NCBI GenBank assembly: GCA_964234715.1
Contig: OZ174276.1
Length of the DNA stretch: 64,000 bases
Strand: one strand, 5' to 3'
From: Podarcis melisellensis
Lineage: Eukaryota
Shown: piece after piece, positions 35,928 to 47,679 of the stretch
How positions within the stretch are numbered: position 1 is the first letter of the stretch
Layout of the letters: every line of letters starts with the position of its first letter
Notes under the pieces: model-generated
The model's database searches: none
What the model saw: the letters and a program-made list of their open reading frames with translations, nothing else
Told to the model about the DNA's origin: nothing
Program-made: the position numbers and the translations under genes

Positions 35928-36528
35928 TGTTAAGTCCAGAGCCAGGAGCTGGTCAGCCAGGAGCTGGTCAGCAACTCAGTGTCCATGAAGTTAACTCTTT
36001 ATTCAAAGAAATCAAAACAGCTCAGGCCTAGTGATCATAGCAGCTCTTCCCAGTAGGTCTTGCCCCAATGAGGCAGTTGCAAGGACTGGAGGACCCTGCC
36101 TTCCTACAGCTCTCGAGTTTCCTCCTCCCCCAGGTCCTTCCCCAGCAACCTGAGGCTCCTTCATCTTGTTTCTCTTTGCTCTGCCTTCTTCATTTCCCCT
36201 GATTTCTAGGAGACCAGAAGGGAGAGGAGCTGGTTACAGCAGGAGCAGGAGACTCCCTGGCTTCTTCAGCAGCCTGCCTCTACTCTACCTCTTGCCTCCC
36301 CTTCCTCTCCAGTCTCTGCTTCTGCCTCTGCTTCTGGACCTCTCTCTGCCACAGCCTCTTCCTGCTCACTAAACCCTGTTGCCTTTTCAGCTTCTGACAC
36401 CTCCAATTCTGCTCCTACTTTGCCCTCTGACCACTCATCTTCGTCCCACCACCAATCCCTTTTCTCTGAGTATTTCCTCCCTGGGGGTTCCCTCCCACCA
36501 CTCCTCTGCATTCGGCCGGTCCATGACA
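35928..36528 (-). mobile_element. LTR-like element B, probably a 3' LTR with short internal remnant to ~36855
   Basis: Ends ccatgaca like element A; shares the ctggtcag...agttaactctttatt block; purine-rich AGGGAATG abuts it on the minus strand (PPT-like); tgtcagagccag at 36844 resembles a second LTR terminus. Confidence 0.65.
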
Positions 36529-37929
36529 CATTCCCTGATAAGCTTCCAAGGGGCCCTAGGAAGGAAGAATCCACTTTTCCTCCCCTCCCCTAGGAGCCAG
36601 AGGAGTACTGAAGCAAGATTTCCTGCAAGAGTTGGTTTTGGAGACCCAGTTATCACCGGAGGTTAATTCAGCCGTCCAGGCTGTGCTCGAAAACGGCTTC
36701 CTGTCTTTAGGAAGTCCCTGGACCTCACTTGCACAGATTGACTTGCCCATTAGTTTTCTCATAGACGGCTTCCCCCACCCTTTTACCCTTTCATGGCTCC
36801 CCAGCTCTTGGAAAGCCTGGACTGGCCACATGGGCTCCACAGCTGTCAGAGCCAGCAAGAAATTTCAGGCCTGATTGATTTAAATAAGGAAAAAATCCCT
36901 ACCATGTTGACCGAGTGACACAGCATCGATCGCAATGGAGGGAAAGTGGCCATCAATCACCAAGCTGCCTGCCTACTTTGGGCAGTGGTGGGGGGAGAGA
37001 GAGGACAGAAGGAGGCCTCCTTCTCCTCTTGAAGGGTGCTGCTAAGGGAACAAACCACAGCAGAGAAGGAAGCACACTGGTGTTACCTGAAGATAAGCAA
37101 AGCTTGGCATGACATGACAGGGGCAGTTCTGTGTGCTTCGACCCAGAACTGTCCCAATTGCTTAGGAAGAAGGAGGAGTGATATTTCCAATTAAAAACAA
37201 AACAAGAGGGGTGTGCAGGTGAGAATTGGACTGTGGAAACTTTTCTCCATATATGTTTTTCTCAGCCAAATGCCAGGTCCTGGAATGGCTGGGAGAAAAG
37301 TGCAGAGAGATGCTGGGGCAGAGAATGGAATCAGAGTCTGAGGCCACAGTCTCAGATGAACCAGGAGCTATGGGGTGAAGAGTAGGTCACAACTGAAGGC
37401 AGAGCTATAGCGGAGTGGGTGCAAACTGGGTCTTTGACCCGGGGGAAATAAAACCTAGTTTTGCCCCTGCTGAAGGTCAAATACAGGGTACAGCCAGGAA
37501 CAAACCAAAGGCCGACCACAGGATACAGGAACCTTAATCCCTTTCAGGCATTCTCTAATTGTGTGTGGAGAAAAGAGTTGGCGGACCCACTGGATCACCA
37601 CCCTGTGTCCATGCTGGATCTCCCCATGCTGAGGGATGACAGGATCATCCGCATGCTGGGGGAATGTCTGGAGGAGGAAACCTCTAAGGACTGAGAAACA
37701 CCCACCCAACCCACATGCATGAAATAAGGTCATCAGTGTATTACCTCACAGGTCACGTCAATGTGAAGAACCCAGGTCAAGAGCTGAGCCCAGCAAATGC
37801 ACAACAAAGTCTGCTAAAGTCTGTTTAATGGTGTGTGTGTATAATTTTTTGATAAATAAAAGTAAAAAATCCGAAAGTTTACATTCCTAAATATCGCTGT
37901 TGTTTTCTGTTAACCCAAGTAAAAAGATA

Positions 37930-38500
37930 AACAATGAGACCTGAATTCTGCACCAGCTGAAGTTTCCGAACTGTCTTTAGAGGCAGCCCTGCATATAACA
38001 CATTGCAGTAATCTAGATAGGCTGGTTCCGCCTTTTAAAAATAAGTAGGCGGCCAGGGACGGGCCTGAACTGTGAATACAGCAGAGTAGAGAACACCTGT
38101 AGGAGGCTGTTGTTGCTCAAACAAGGCTTTATTGGGAGAGAAAACTTCCTTTGTGTCCAGGGGTGGGTGTGTCCTATGACCAGCATGGGTGTAGCATGGG
38201 TGTGTGGGATCAGGCCAGGACCTGAGGATACAAAGCTGCGAAAGGAAGTACTATCGTTCAGTGGCTCACCACATGGAGCAGCTGCATACAGATCCAAAAG
38301 TTCTTAGCTTGAGCCCCACCCAGAACTTCCTGACAGATGTGCATGCGCACGTGCGCACACACACACACACACACACTTTTTTCTGGCATGATGGAAGTCA
38401 TGTAACATTTAATGTACCTCCACATGTAGACTGGGCCTTTCCTCAGGGCTTCCATAAATTCCTCAAGCATTGCCAACCCCCATATTGCCAGCCAGCGGGG
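37930..38500 (-). mobile_element. Degenerate L2-like LINE remnant
   Basis: Plus-strand gcagccctgcatataacacattgcagtaatcta corresponds to the RLDYCNVLYAGLPLK block seen in the 51.5-52.1 kb copy. Confidence 0.55.
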
Positions 38501-40239
38501 GCTGGTGTCCATTGGGGCTGCCTGGGCAGAAGGCAGGGAGGTCAACAAAAGGCAGAGCCATTCTAGTTTTGTCCCCACCCTCCTCCTTGCTGAGCCCCTA
38601 CAAGAGGCTTAAGTGGAGGAAGCTGACAGGCGGTGCACCACCTGAGCTGCTTATAAGGTGGGATGGGACAGCTGGCTGAAGGCAGACTGAGCTTGGTGGG
38701 GCAGTGCCCCCATTTGCCCAAATGGGCCAGCCTCCCCTGCCTGCAGCTTTTGCTTGTGGGCTGCATGGACACCAATGCATGTGTTTCCCTTTATGCTGCC
38801 TCCCTTCTGCAAGATGCGCCCTGCTATGCTGCTTTAAGCTGCCTGGAGCAGAAGGGGCTGTGGCGGGAGAAGGGGCCACTTTCATGCAAAGCTCTTTGGT
38901 GTTCTGAACACAGTCTGGATGAGGAGCTTCCAAAGATGACTGGTATCCCTGAAAGGGCAGGTCCTTCAACCCTGCAGGCTGTAACTGGGGCCTCCCATTC
39001 CCCTTAGCTACCAAAGCCCAACCCCGCACTATAGCTTCCTCGCTCTGTGTTTCTGAAAGATCAGTTGCTGCCCTACGCTTCATCGTCCTTTAAGGAAGTC
39101 CTTTGGCATCCTATCTCACATGGTGAACTGAGGGCAATTCTGGACCCTTGCCAGCAGCCGGCTTGTTTACCAGCAAGACAACAGTAAATTAGTGTCCTGA
39201 ACCAGCATTGAACACTGAGCCAACAGTGTGTGCAGAGGGCAAAACGACTGGGCCGCATGGAAGGGCTGCAGCGGCATTTGCTGCATATTTTAATAGCTGC
39301 TTTCCACCCCCAACATTAAACGTATTTAATCTGCTCTTGCAAATGGCTAATTTTGAAAATCCTCTTATCAGCATTAGCTCCTCAGCACTGGTATTTATTT
39401 ACTGTTCATTTTCATAATCTCTCCCCCCCCACTCCCCTCTACGTTTGTATGACTGAGTTCTCTACTCAAATGGCTGGCTCCATTTCGGAGAATCCTGGTG
39501 GAGGAGAGAGGTGGGAGAGGAAGATGGGCTGGCAGGGGAAGGCATCGTCATGGACTGTGATGTCATCCCAGAGACGCAGAGAAAAAGAGGACAATGGACA
39601 TAAAAGAAGAGACCGGCTTCTTTTGTGCTGGATCAAGCAAGAAATACAATGCATAATGGCAACCTTGAATGCACTTGGGTTGCTGCTCACAAATGTGCAT
39701 TATGTAAATGGAAGGGTGGAAATGCAACATGTTGTTCTTCATGAACAAGTGCCTTCATTCTAAACTCTCCTGCCCTGTGAGTTTTCTCCTATAGAAATAT
39801 AATGTAATTCAAGGACAAGCATACTGGCCTTCAGTCTATACATTTCTTCCAGCAATGGGGTTTCAGTGTATGGCTTCAATGGAAGAAAACTGGAATGCCT
39901 TCAACCAGTTCTCCACAGCAATGACATTCTTTCCTTCTGGCTTAAAAAAACCCCAATCGTTCCTTTATTTTGAATGAGCTAATCTGGACCAAAGATTGCT
40001 ACCAAGTTTGCTGTAGTACCATTTTTAAACCATCCTTTGACAACTGGGATGTTTGAAGGTACAGCACTGCTGTTTCCTCACAGGTTTCTGGGAGCACTCT
40101 CACAAAACACGCCATTCTCAGACTTTGGTTCACTTCATCAGGAGAGTCCTAAAGGCTGCTTTCATGGAATACAAGAGGCAAGTCAACCTAAATCACATAA
40201 CAACACTCTTCATTTTGCCATTCTTTAACCACTTTAACC

Positions 40240-40585
40240 AGGATGCGGGTGGCGCTGTGGTCTAAACCACAGAGCCTAGGGCTTGCCGATCAGAAGGTTG
40301 GTGGTTTGAATGCTGGCGACAGAGTGAGCTCTCGTTGCTCGGTCCCAGTTCCTGTCAACCTAGCAGTTCGAAAGCATGTCAAAGTGCAAGTAGATAAATA
40401 GGTACTGCTCTGGCAGGAAGGTAAACGGTGTTTCCATGTGCTGCTCTGGGTTGCCAGAAGCGGCTTAGTCATGCTGGCCACATGACCCAGAAGCTGTACG
40501 CCGACTCCCTCGGGCAGTAAAGTGAGATGAGCGCAGCAACCCCAGAGTTGTTTGCGACTGGACTTAATGGTCACGGGTCCCTTTT
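40240..40585 (+). mobile_element. Sauria SINE
   Basis: Same body as 6358-6712. Confidence 0.9.
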
Positions 40586-41011
40586 GTGGGATGTAAACAC
40601 AGGAGCAGTCAATGACAACATTCCTAGAGTTTACATGTTAGAACATGGGGAGGGATGTCTGTTCAGGAAGCAGGTAAACTTCCTGGAACAGACTTCCTCC
40701 GCATGTGACCAGAGGTGGGTGTGCCTCACCTGTGCAGGTAATGATAAAAGCACAGGGCAGGCAGCCATCTCTCTCTCTCTCTCTCATCTTCATCTTTCAA
40801 AGAAGCAGGATGCCCTCTTGGCTCTCAGCCAAGAGAGGAGAAAACTATCTTCCTATAAGATAGATTCTGAAGTGTATTTTACCTTTTTAAGCCTGTCTGC
40901 CTTCTGGGACCATATTGTGAACAGAACGTGAGTAAACTCTTTTATACTTTTATAAAGACTGTGTCGTGTCTTGTATTTTAAGAGGGAACAAAAGGGGAAA
41001 TTACCAGAGTA

Positions 41012-42323
41012 CCGTATTTTTCGCACCATAGGACGCACTTTTTGCCCTCCAAGAATGAAGAGGAAATGTGTGTGCGTCCTATGGTGCGAATGCAGGCTTT
41101 GCTGAAGCTGGAGAGCGAGAGGGGTCGGTGCGCACCGACCCCTCTCACTCTCCAGGCTTCAGGAAAGCCCCACCGCCAGCCCCACAAGCTCGGGGGACAG
41201 CGGGGAGGCGGAACGCCACCATCCCGCTGTCCCCCGACTTGGTTAGAAGGGTGGCGGGGGGAGAAGCCTGCTCCTCCCTGTCGCCAGCCCCGCAAACTCG
41301 GGGGACAGCGGGAGAGGCGTAGCGCGCCCGTCCCGCTGTCCCCCGACTTGGCTAGAAGGCTGGCGGGGGGGGGGGGGAAGAAGCCTGCTCCTCCCCGTCG
41401 CCAGCCCCGCAAACTCGGGAGACAGCGGGAGAGGCGCAGCGCGCCCTCCCGCTGTCTCCCGACATGGTTTAGAGGCTGGCGGAGGGCTTCCTCCTCCCTC
41501 AGCCCTGCAAGCTCCCAGAGCGATGCCAAAGCTGCGCGCAGCTTCGGCATGGCTCTGGGTCCCGTTCTGGGGGAGGGGGAAGCTCGGGCTTCCCCCGCCC
41601 CAGCCCCTCGTCTCCAGCCGGGAGACGGTTGCGGGGGGCTGCTTTAGCCCCGCGCATGCTCTCCCGGCTGGAGAGGTGACGCGCGCCTATGGAGGCTCCT
41701 GCCATAGGCGCGCGTCACCTCTCCAGCCGGGAGAGGGTCGCGGGGGGCTGCTTTAGCCCCCTGCGTGCTCTCCCGGCTGGAGAGGTGACGCGCGCCTATG
41801 GAGGCTCCTGCCATAGGCGCGCGTCACCTCTCCAGCCGGGAGAGGGTCGCGGGGGGCTGCTTTAGGAGTATCCATAGGCGCGCGTCACCTCTCCAGCCGG
41901 GAGAGCACGCACGGGGCTAAAGCAGCCCCCCCGCGACCCTCTCCCGGCTGGAGAGGTGACGCGCGCCTATGGCCGCTGCTCCCTGACCTGCTCTTTGGGG
42001 CTGGTGGTGGGCTTCCCCCGCCAGCCCCAAAGAGCAGGTCGAAAGGAACCTGAAGCCTGGAGAGCGAGAGGGGTCGGTGCGCACCGACCCCTCTCGCTCT
42101 CCAGGCTTCCAAGGTAGCCGCCTGAACGCACCTTAAACGGCACCTTGTTTTAGAGCGGGAAAACAAAAGGGGGAAAATTCTCCCACTCTCTGCGCAGCGC
42201 CTCCTGCCGCTTCGCTGAAGGGGCGCTGGGCAGAGAGCAGAAGAATTTTTTTCCCTTGTTCTCCCCCCTCTAAAACAAGGTGCGTCCTATTGTCCGGTGC
42301 GTCCTATGGTGCGAAAAATACGG
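41012..42323. mobile_element. Non-autonomous Tc1/mariner (Tc2/pogo-like) element
   Basis: Perfect 27-bp TIR CCGTATTTTTCGCACCATAGGACGCAC; TA on both flanks; subterminal repeats of gtgcgtcctat; no transposase. Confidence 0.92.
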
Positions 42324-42638
42324 TAATTATTATAGGGGTTCTAGCGCACCTGTGCAGACGTTACCGTTGCGAACTTAAAGGGGAATGTTATAAACTCTGC
42401 TGATATATTGGGAACTTGTTAGCACAAATTGGATTAGGATATAATCTCACAATATATCCTCTCCTGCACCCCTGAACATTCCCACACCTTTACTTTTAAC
42501 CACTTTAACCATTGCGTGGATAAAGATACTGATTGTCGTTGGGGGCAGTAGACAAGTATGGCACAATCCTATGCATGTTTAGGCAGAAGCAAGTCCCACT
42601 GTACTGAATTGAATTTACTCCCCTGTATGTGTCACAGA

Positions 42639-42996
42639 GGGACGCAGGTGGCGCTGTGGGTTAAAGCCTCAGCGCCTAGGACTTGCCGATCGAAAGGTCG
42701 GCGGTTCGAATCCCTGCGGCGGGGTGTGCTCCCGCTGCTCGGTCCCAGCGCCTGCCAACCTAGCAGTTCGAAAGCACCTCCAGGTGCAAGTAGATAAATA
42801 GGGACCGCTTACCAGCGGGAAGGTAAACGGCGTTTCCGTGTGCGGCTCTGGCTCGCCAGAGCAGCGATGTCACGCTGGCCACGTGACCCGGAAGTGTCTC
42901 CGGACAGCGCTGGCCCCTGGCCTCTTAAGTGAGATGGGCGCACAACCCCAGAGTCTGTCAAGACTGGCCCGTACGGGCAGGGGTACCTTTACCTTT
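42639..42996 (+). mobile_element. Sauria SINE, young CpG-rich subfamily
   Basis: (ACCTTT)2 tail; 13-bp TSD tatgtgtcacaga at 42626-42638 and 42996-43008. Confidence 0.92.
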
Positions 42997-43014
42997 ATGT
43001 GTCACAGAAGTCCT

Positions 43015-43158
43015 ATAATCAGAGTTGGAAGGGACCCCGAGGGTCATCGAGTCTAACCCCCTGCAATATATAGGAATCCTGCCCACAGCCATCCCTGGGT
43101 GGGCACGAACCACCTGCCTTCTGGTTAACAGCCAGACGCACTGACCCACTGCACCACC
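43015..43158 (-). mobile_element. tRNA-Asn(GTT)-headed SINE with CR1 3' tail
   Basis: Minus strand ggctgttaaccagaaggcaggtggttcgtgcccacccagggatg, then attgcagggggttagactcgatgaccctcggggtcccttccaactct. Confidence 0.75.
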
Positions 43159-46100
43159 TGACAAACAAGACTGCAGCCCAAAGGGGTCTTCTGAATGTTT
43201 CCTGCGTCTCTGTCCCAGCCAGTTCAGTCCATGCTGGTTGAGTCTTGGGTTCTGAGTGATTATAACAAGGTATTCACCCATATGCAACCTGCTCCAGTCC
43301 TTGTATTTCCTTCCTGGGTAAGTAACCTGGCTTGCTGAAGTTGAGCCCCTATTCAATTGTTCCTGCTCAAAGAAGGAGAAGAAAACTACGCACAGCCTCT
43401 TTGACTGGTAAGTGGCAGGTATACTTAGTAAGAGGCGAGAGTCTATCGTAGACCTGGCTCTTCTCCCCGCTGTCTTGCTGGAGCCCTGCTATTCTGTCTG
43501 TGGAATTCAAATGAATGGCAGCACCCATTATTTATTAACTCTCACCCCATGTAGCTTCCTCTCCACTCCTGCCTTGGGTTAAAAAAAAGGAGAAGGTACA
43601 CCTTGCGTTTCCTGCTTTATTCTCAGTCAGCTTGAAAGAATCAGCCAGTTCCCTGAGCAGCAGAGTGGATTCTGAAATATTAACACATAATCCGGTCAAA
43701 GGCAGATCACAAAGTGGTCAGTCAAGTCACCACCAGGCAAAGCAACAACAGCCAAGAATCTGGGGGTTGGGTGGGGAGAGAGACACTTCTAAAACATTCC
43801 TTGTCCCTTATCTTTTGCTTGCACGATCCCTATCCTAAAATATGCATTTCAGTCAATGAACAAATGCTGCTACTGCCTGCTTTGGGAGCCAGGATGACGA
43901 GAACAGGGATCAGAAGGCACAAGCCTTACCAAAGCTCCCTAGCTAAGCCATTGGTAATGAGCAATGGTGTGAGAAACACTCCGGCTAGGCAAGTGGTTTA
44001 GGAAGAGAGCACAGATGATTATTCCAGTGCAGAATATTAACTCACATTTTCTGCCCCCATCCATGCTATAATTTTTTGTATTTCAGCTGTGGGCCTAACA
44101 ATGAGGCCAGGAGCGTCTGAAGGTGGATCTGGAGTCGCATTAAAAGTAGCAGACTGGGAGTCAGATCTGACCCAAAAGGCACAATAGAAAAGGGTTTTCT
44201 CCTGCACATGCTACATACATAGTCATAGTGCAGTTGCTATTCGTTTCAGTTAGGCTTGTGCAGGAGAACTTCCATAAGAATATAAGAACCACCTGTTGGA
44301 TCAGGCCGAAAGTCAGCATCCTGTCCTCACAGAGGCCAATCTGGGAAACCCACAAGCACAACCAGGGTGCAATGGGTCTCTCCCCATGTACTGTGACTAT
44401 TGTTGATTTGTGTGTATGTGTTTTGTGGGTGGGGCTGCCATTTGGATTTCCACTTCAGGTCCTGTGTAAACTTTTGTTATTGACAAAATGCACAGACAGA
44501 CAAACAAACAGAAGCAATTCAAAAGTATTGTCTATCATTATTACACATGGGTTTTAACAACCTCACATAATAGAACGACTGTTTCTTCACCTTCCTGGTG
44601 CCTTCGGCACAAAACAGATTATTGCTTCTAAAAAAACAAAAAAAAAAGCTGTGTTCCTTCTTTGCAGCTACCATCAATTCTCTTACAAAAACAAACAGCT
44701 CTTAGATGTGTCTATAATAAAGCCACGTAGAGGCTTATTTAACAAGGTCTTTGATAAAGATTCAAATAGCAGTAAGCAGAAGGATTGGAAACAGATGGTT
44801 ACAGAGAAAGGAAAAGGGAGGAAAAGCACCATAAAATGCACTTCAGAGCCCCTGCTTATTAACAAGATTCTTTCCTGACTAATAAGGTATGTCTCATCCA
44901 AATGGTCAACTCATACAGAGCTTACTCAGCCAAGTGAACTGGAATCCAGTCCCCGCCCCCGAGTCACGCATGCTGGCAGCCACAACAAGTCAAAACATGT
45001 TGTCATCCCACCAGCAAGTGATATCAGATATCTGCAGGCCTGATCCTGCCCACGGCGTCCAACTGAATTCAATGGAATTTCCTCCCTGTGAAATGTGCAT
45101 AGAAATTCAGCCTCTGCCTTTTTATGAAACATGAGTGTTTTGTTACAGTTCAAATAATCTGCAGTGTGGCTTCACTTCCAGAGTTTGCCGCAGACTCATT
45201 TCAGCTTTATAGCTAGGGCAGATCCAGCCCTGTTTAGAACGTAACAGAAAGTAAGAATGCGAGCTAGGAAAACTCAAGGTGGAAAACCCAAGTGAATGGA
45301 AAGGGTAGATCCAAAATAAATTTATCAGGGCTTAAGGCAGGGGAAAAGTATTGCTCCATCCACAGCTTGCCTAGAGTAGAGCACCTGAGTTGAAGTGATT
45401 TGGCTGCCCTATGCTGGAGGACAAAAACTTCTTACTCTACTTTTTACTGTGTCGCACATGACCTCCTTCAATTGCAACACAATTTTAGATGACTCATCTT
45501 TTAAAGAATTTTCATATAATACCCTCATATTATCTATGTCAAAGTGTTATTGATCTTTAGTGGGGGGACGGGACCTCAGGCCCTCCAAGCCTTTATATTT
45601 GGCCCTCAAAACTTTCCAAGACCACTCTCTCTCAATGCCACATCTCTTGCCAATCCAGCTCTCTGCTCTCCTTGAGTGCTTTCGCCTGGCTGGAATGTGT
45701 CCTTGAGCTGCGATAATGACTCTTGCTTACCTGGAGGGAAGACAGACAGATGCAGGTGGCTGGGAGTGCAGAAACCTCTCGGGGATTTTTTTGCAGCTGA
45801 AATGTAGCAATGAAAACAAGGTTCTTAAATTGCTCTAACGGGCAAGTGGGTGGTGACCAGACAGAATTTGAGAGGCTAAAAGCTGTTTAGAAACTTTTAT
45901 TTTAAATACATTATAGCAGAAGACCAGTGAAGGAAGTTCAGTTTATGAAAGATATAAGCATAATAGTATTGAGGAGAAATCAACAGCACAGTATACATGA
46001 GTGACTCTTGGGGAAGAGAGAAATAAGAAACAGAAGAACATAGCTGTCAATCCAGAATGAAATTATAGATAACAGGTTCCCATGGATGCATGTTACTAGA

Positions 46101-47679
46101 TGTCAGTGGAGTTTAGGATATGGGATCCAGCAAAATCAAAAGAGAAAATGTGTCCAGGTAAAAATTAAAGAAAAATAAAATAGTGAAGTCTGAACTGCAC
46201 CGGGGGGGCGGGGTGTGTGTGAATTATCAGAGCTGTACAAAAAGTATTTGGGAAAGTTATCAGAAAACACTTAACCCAGTGTAAGATTATTACAAGCAGC
46301 AAGAATGGAATCTAAAAGCAAAATTTTCTCTCTCTGTGTGTATGTGTGTGTTCCAGAGAAAAGTTTCAACACAAAAAAGATCAGAAAAAGCTTTTTGTAT
46401 AGAAAAGAGATGAAGCCCATTGAGGAGACTTGTTCCTTCTGTTTCCCAGCTTCACATAAAACATTTTCTTGTGAGCTGATTGGTCCCTTTTAATTCCCCC
46501 GTTGTTTGCAACTAAAATTGGTTTTGTACTGGTAAATGACAGGTCACAGGACAAACATTGGCAGAAGCAGTCTTCCATTGTTTTAGGGGTTAACATGACC
46601 CCAAGCCTTTTTGAGGTTCAAGGAGATTCATGAAGGTCACCCAGCACTGCAAGTCACATGGAGTAACACATCTTGTACCTTCTTCGCACTGGTGCATTGT
46701 CTTAGCTTGACTAAGGCCTTGTGCACATTTCTGCTTTTCACACACTGCAGACAGAAAAACAGTTCCACCCTCACGACAGGCATTCAGACCTATTTTCATC
46801 ATGAACCAAAGTCTCTAGACCAAAGTTTTATTCTGTTCCATTCCATTCCATACCTTCTGGGGTAATCAGCTTCACCATGAACACAGATATACCCCCCAGC
46901 AGAGCTCATTAACATAGTGCTGTACCATTGCTGTGCCCCCCATTTTTCTTCTGGCTTCAATTTCCTGATAAGTTCCTGCTCCAATGAAAAGTGAGAGCAT
47001 ACCTTTATTTGTGAAGGATCATCATTGCTCAGTGCTAGAGTGTGTGGTCTGCTAGACCACTGGGTTCAATCCTTACCATCACAAAATGAGAAAGGGTTCA
47101 CAACTAGCAGGGCTGGGAAGGATCTCTTCTGCAGCGAATTCTGCCTGTCAGATAAAACAACACTGGGCTATGTGGACCAGTGATATGATAGTGTAAGACA
47201 GCTTCTTGTATTTACCTTTGGTTCTCATCAATACATAACTCAGTGAGAGAGGTTTTAAGATTCACAGAACTCTTCCTCAGCTTAATGTCCAGTCCAAGAA
47301 AAAGCTCTGTGGAATTCAAAAGCTTGCTCAAACTTCTAAAACTCATTCTCTCTAACAATGTTCCATTTTTCATAACCTAAGCCCTTTGCAGTACAGGACA
47401 TTTTACATACTGCTAAAGCACTAACCTCCTTTGGCTGAATAAACCCACCTCAGAAACTCCAGGAAGATCATTATTATAACAGTATTTCTTTATATCCTGC
47501 CTTTTTCCCTGTTAGGAACGCAAGATGCACTTGATAGTTTGCAGACCGCCCTCCACAACCAGGCCTAGGAATAGAATCACTGAATGGTAGAACAGGGAGG
47601 ACCCAACGGGGTCTGCAATGGACGGTGTCTGGTTCCAGCACTGCTTTGATTTGCAAATAGAAACTCTCCCCTATTGCCA

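Noticed and set aside
41170-41972. Repeat-spacer pattern resembling CRISPR
   Set aside because: Eukaryotic context, spacers are themselves repeated, orientation alternates, and no cas genes.
40978-42166. ORFs of up to 201 aa and an apparent CpG island
   Set aside because: Stop-poor GC-rich repeats inside a TIR element; no transposase motifs; not a host promoter.
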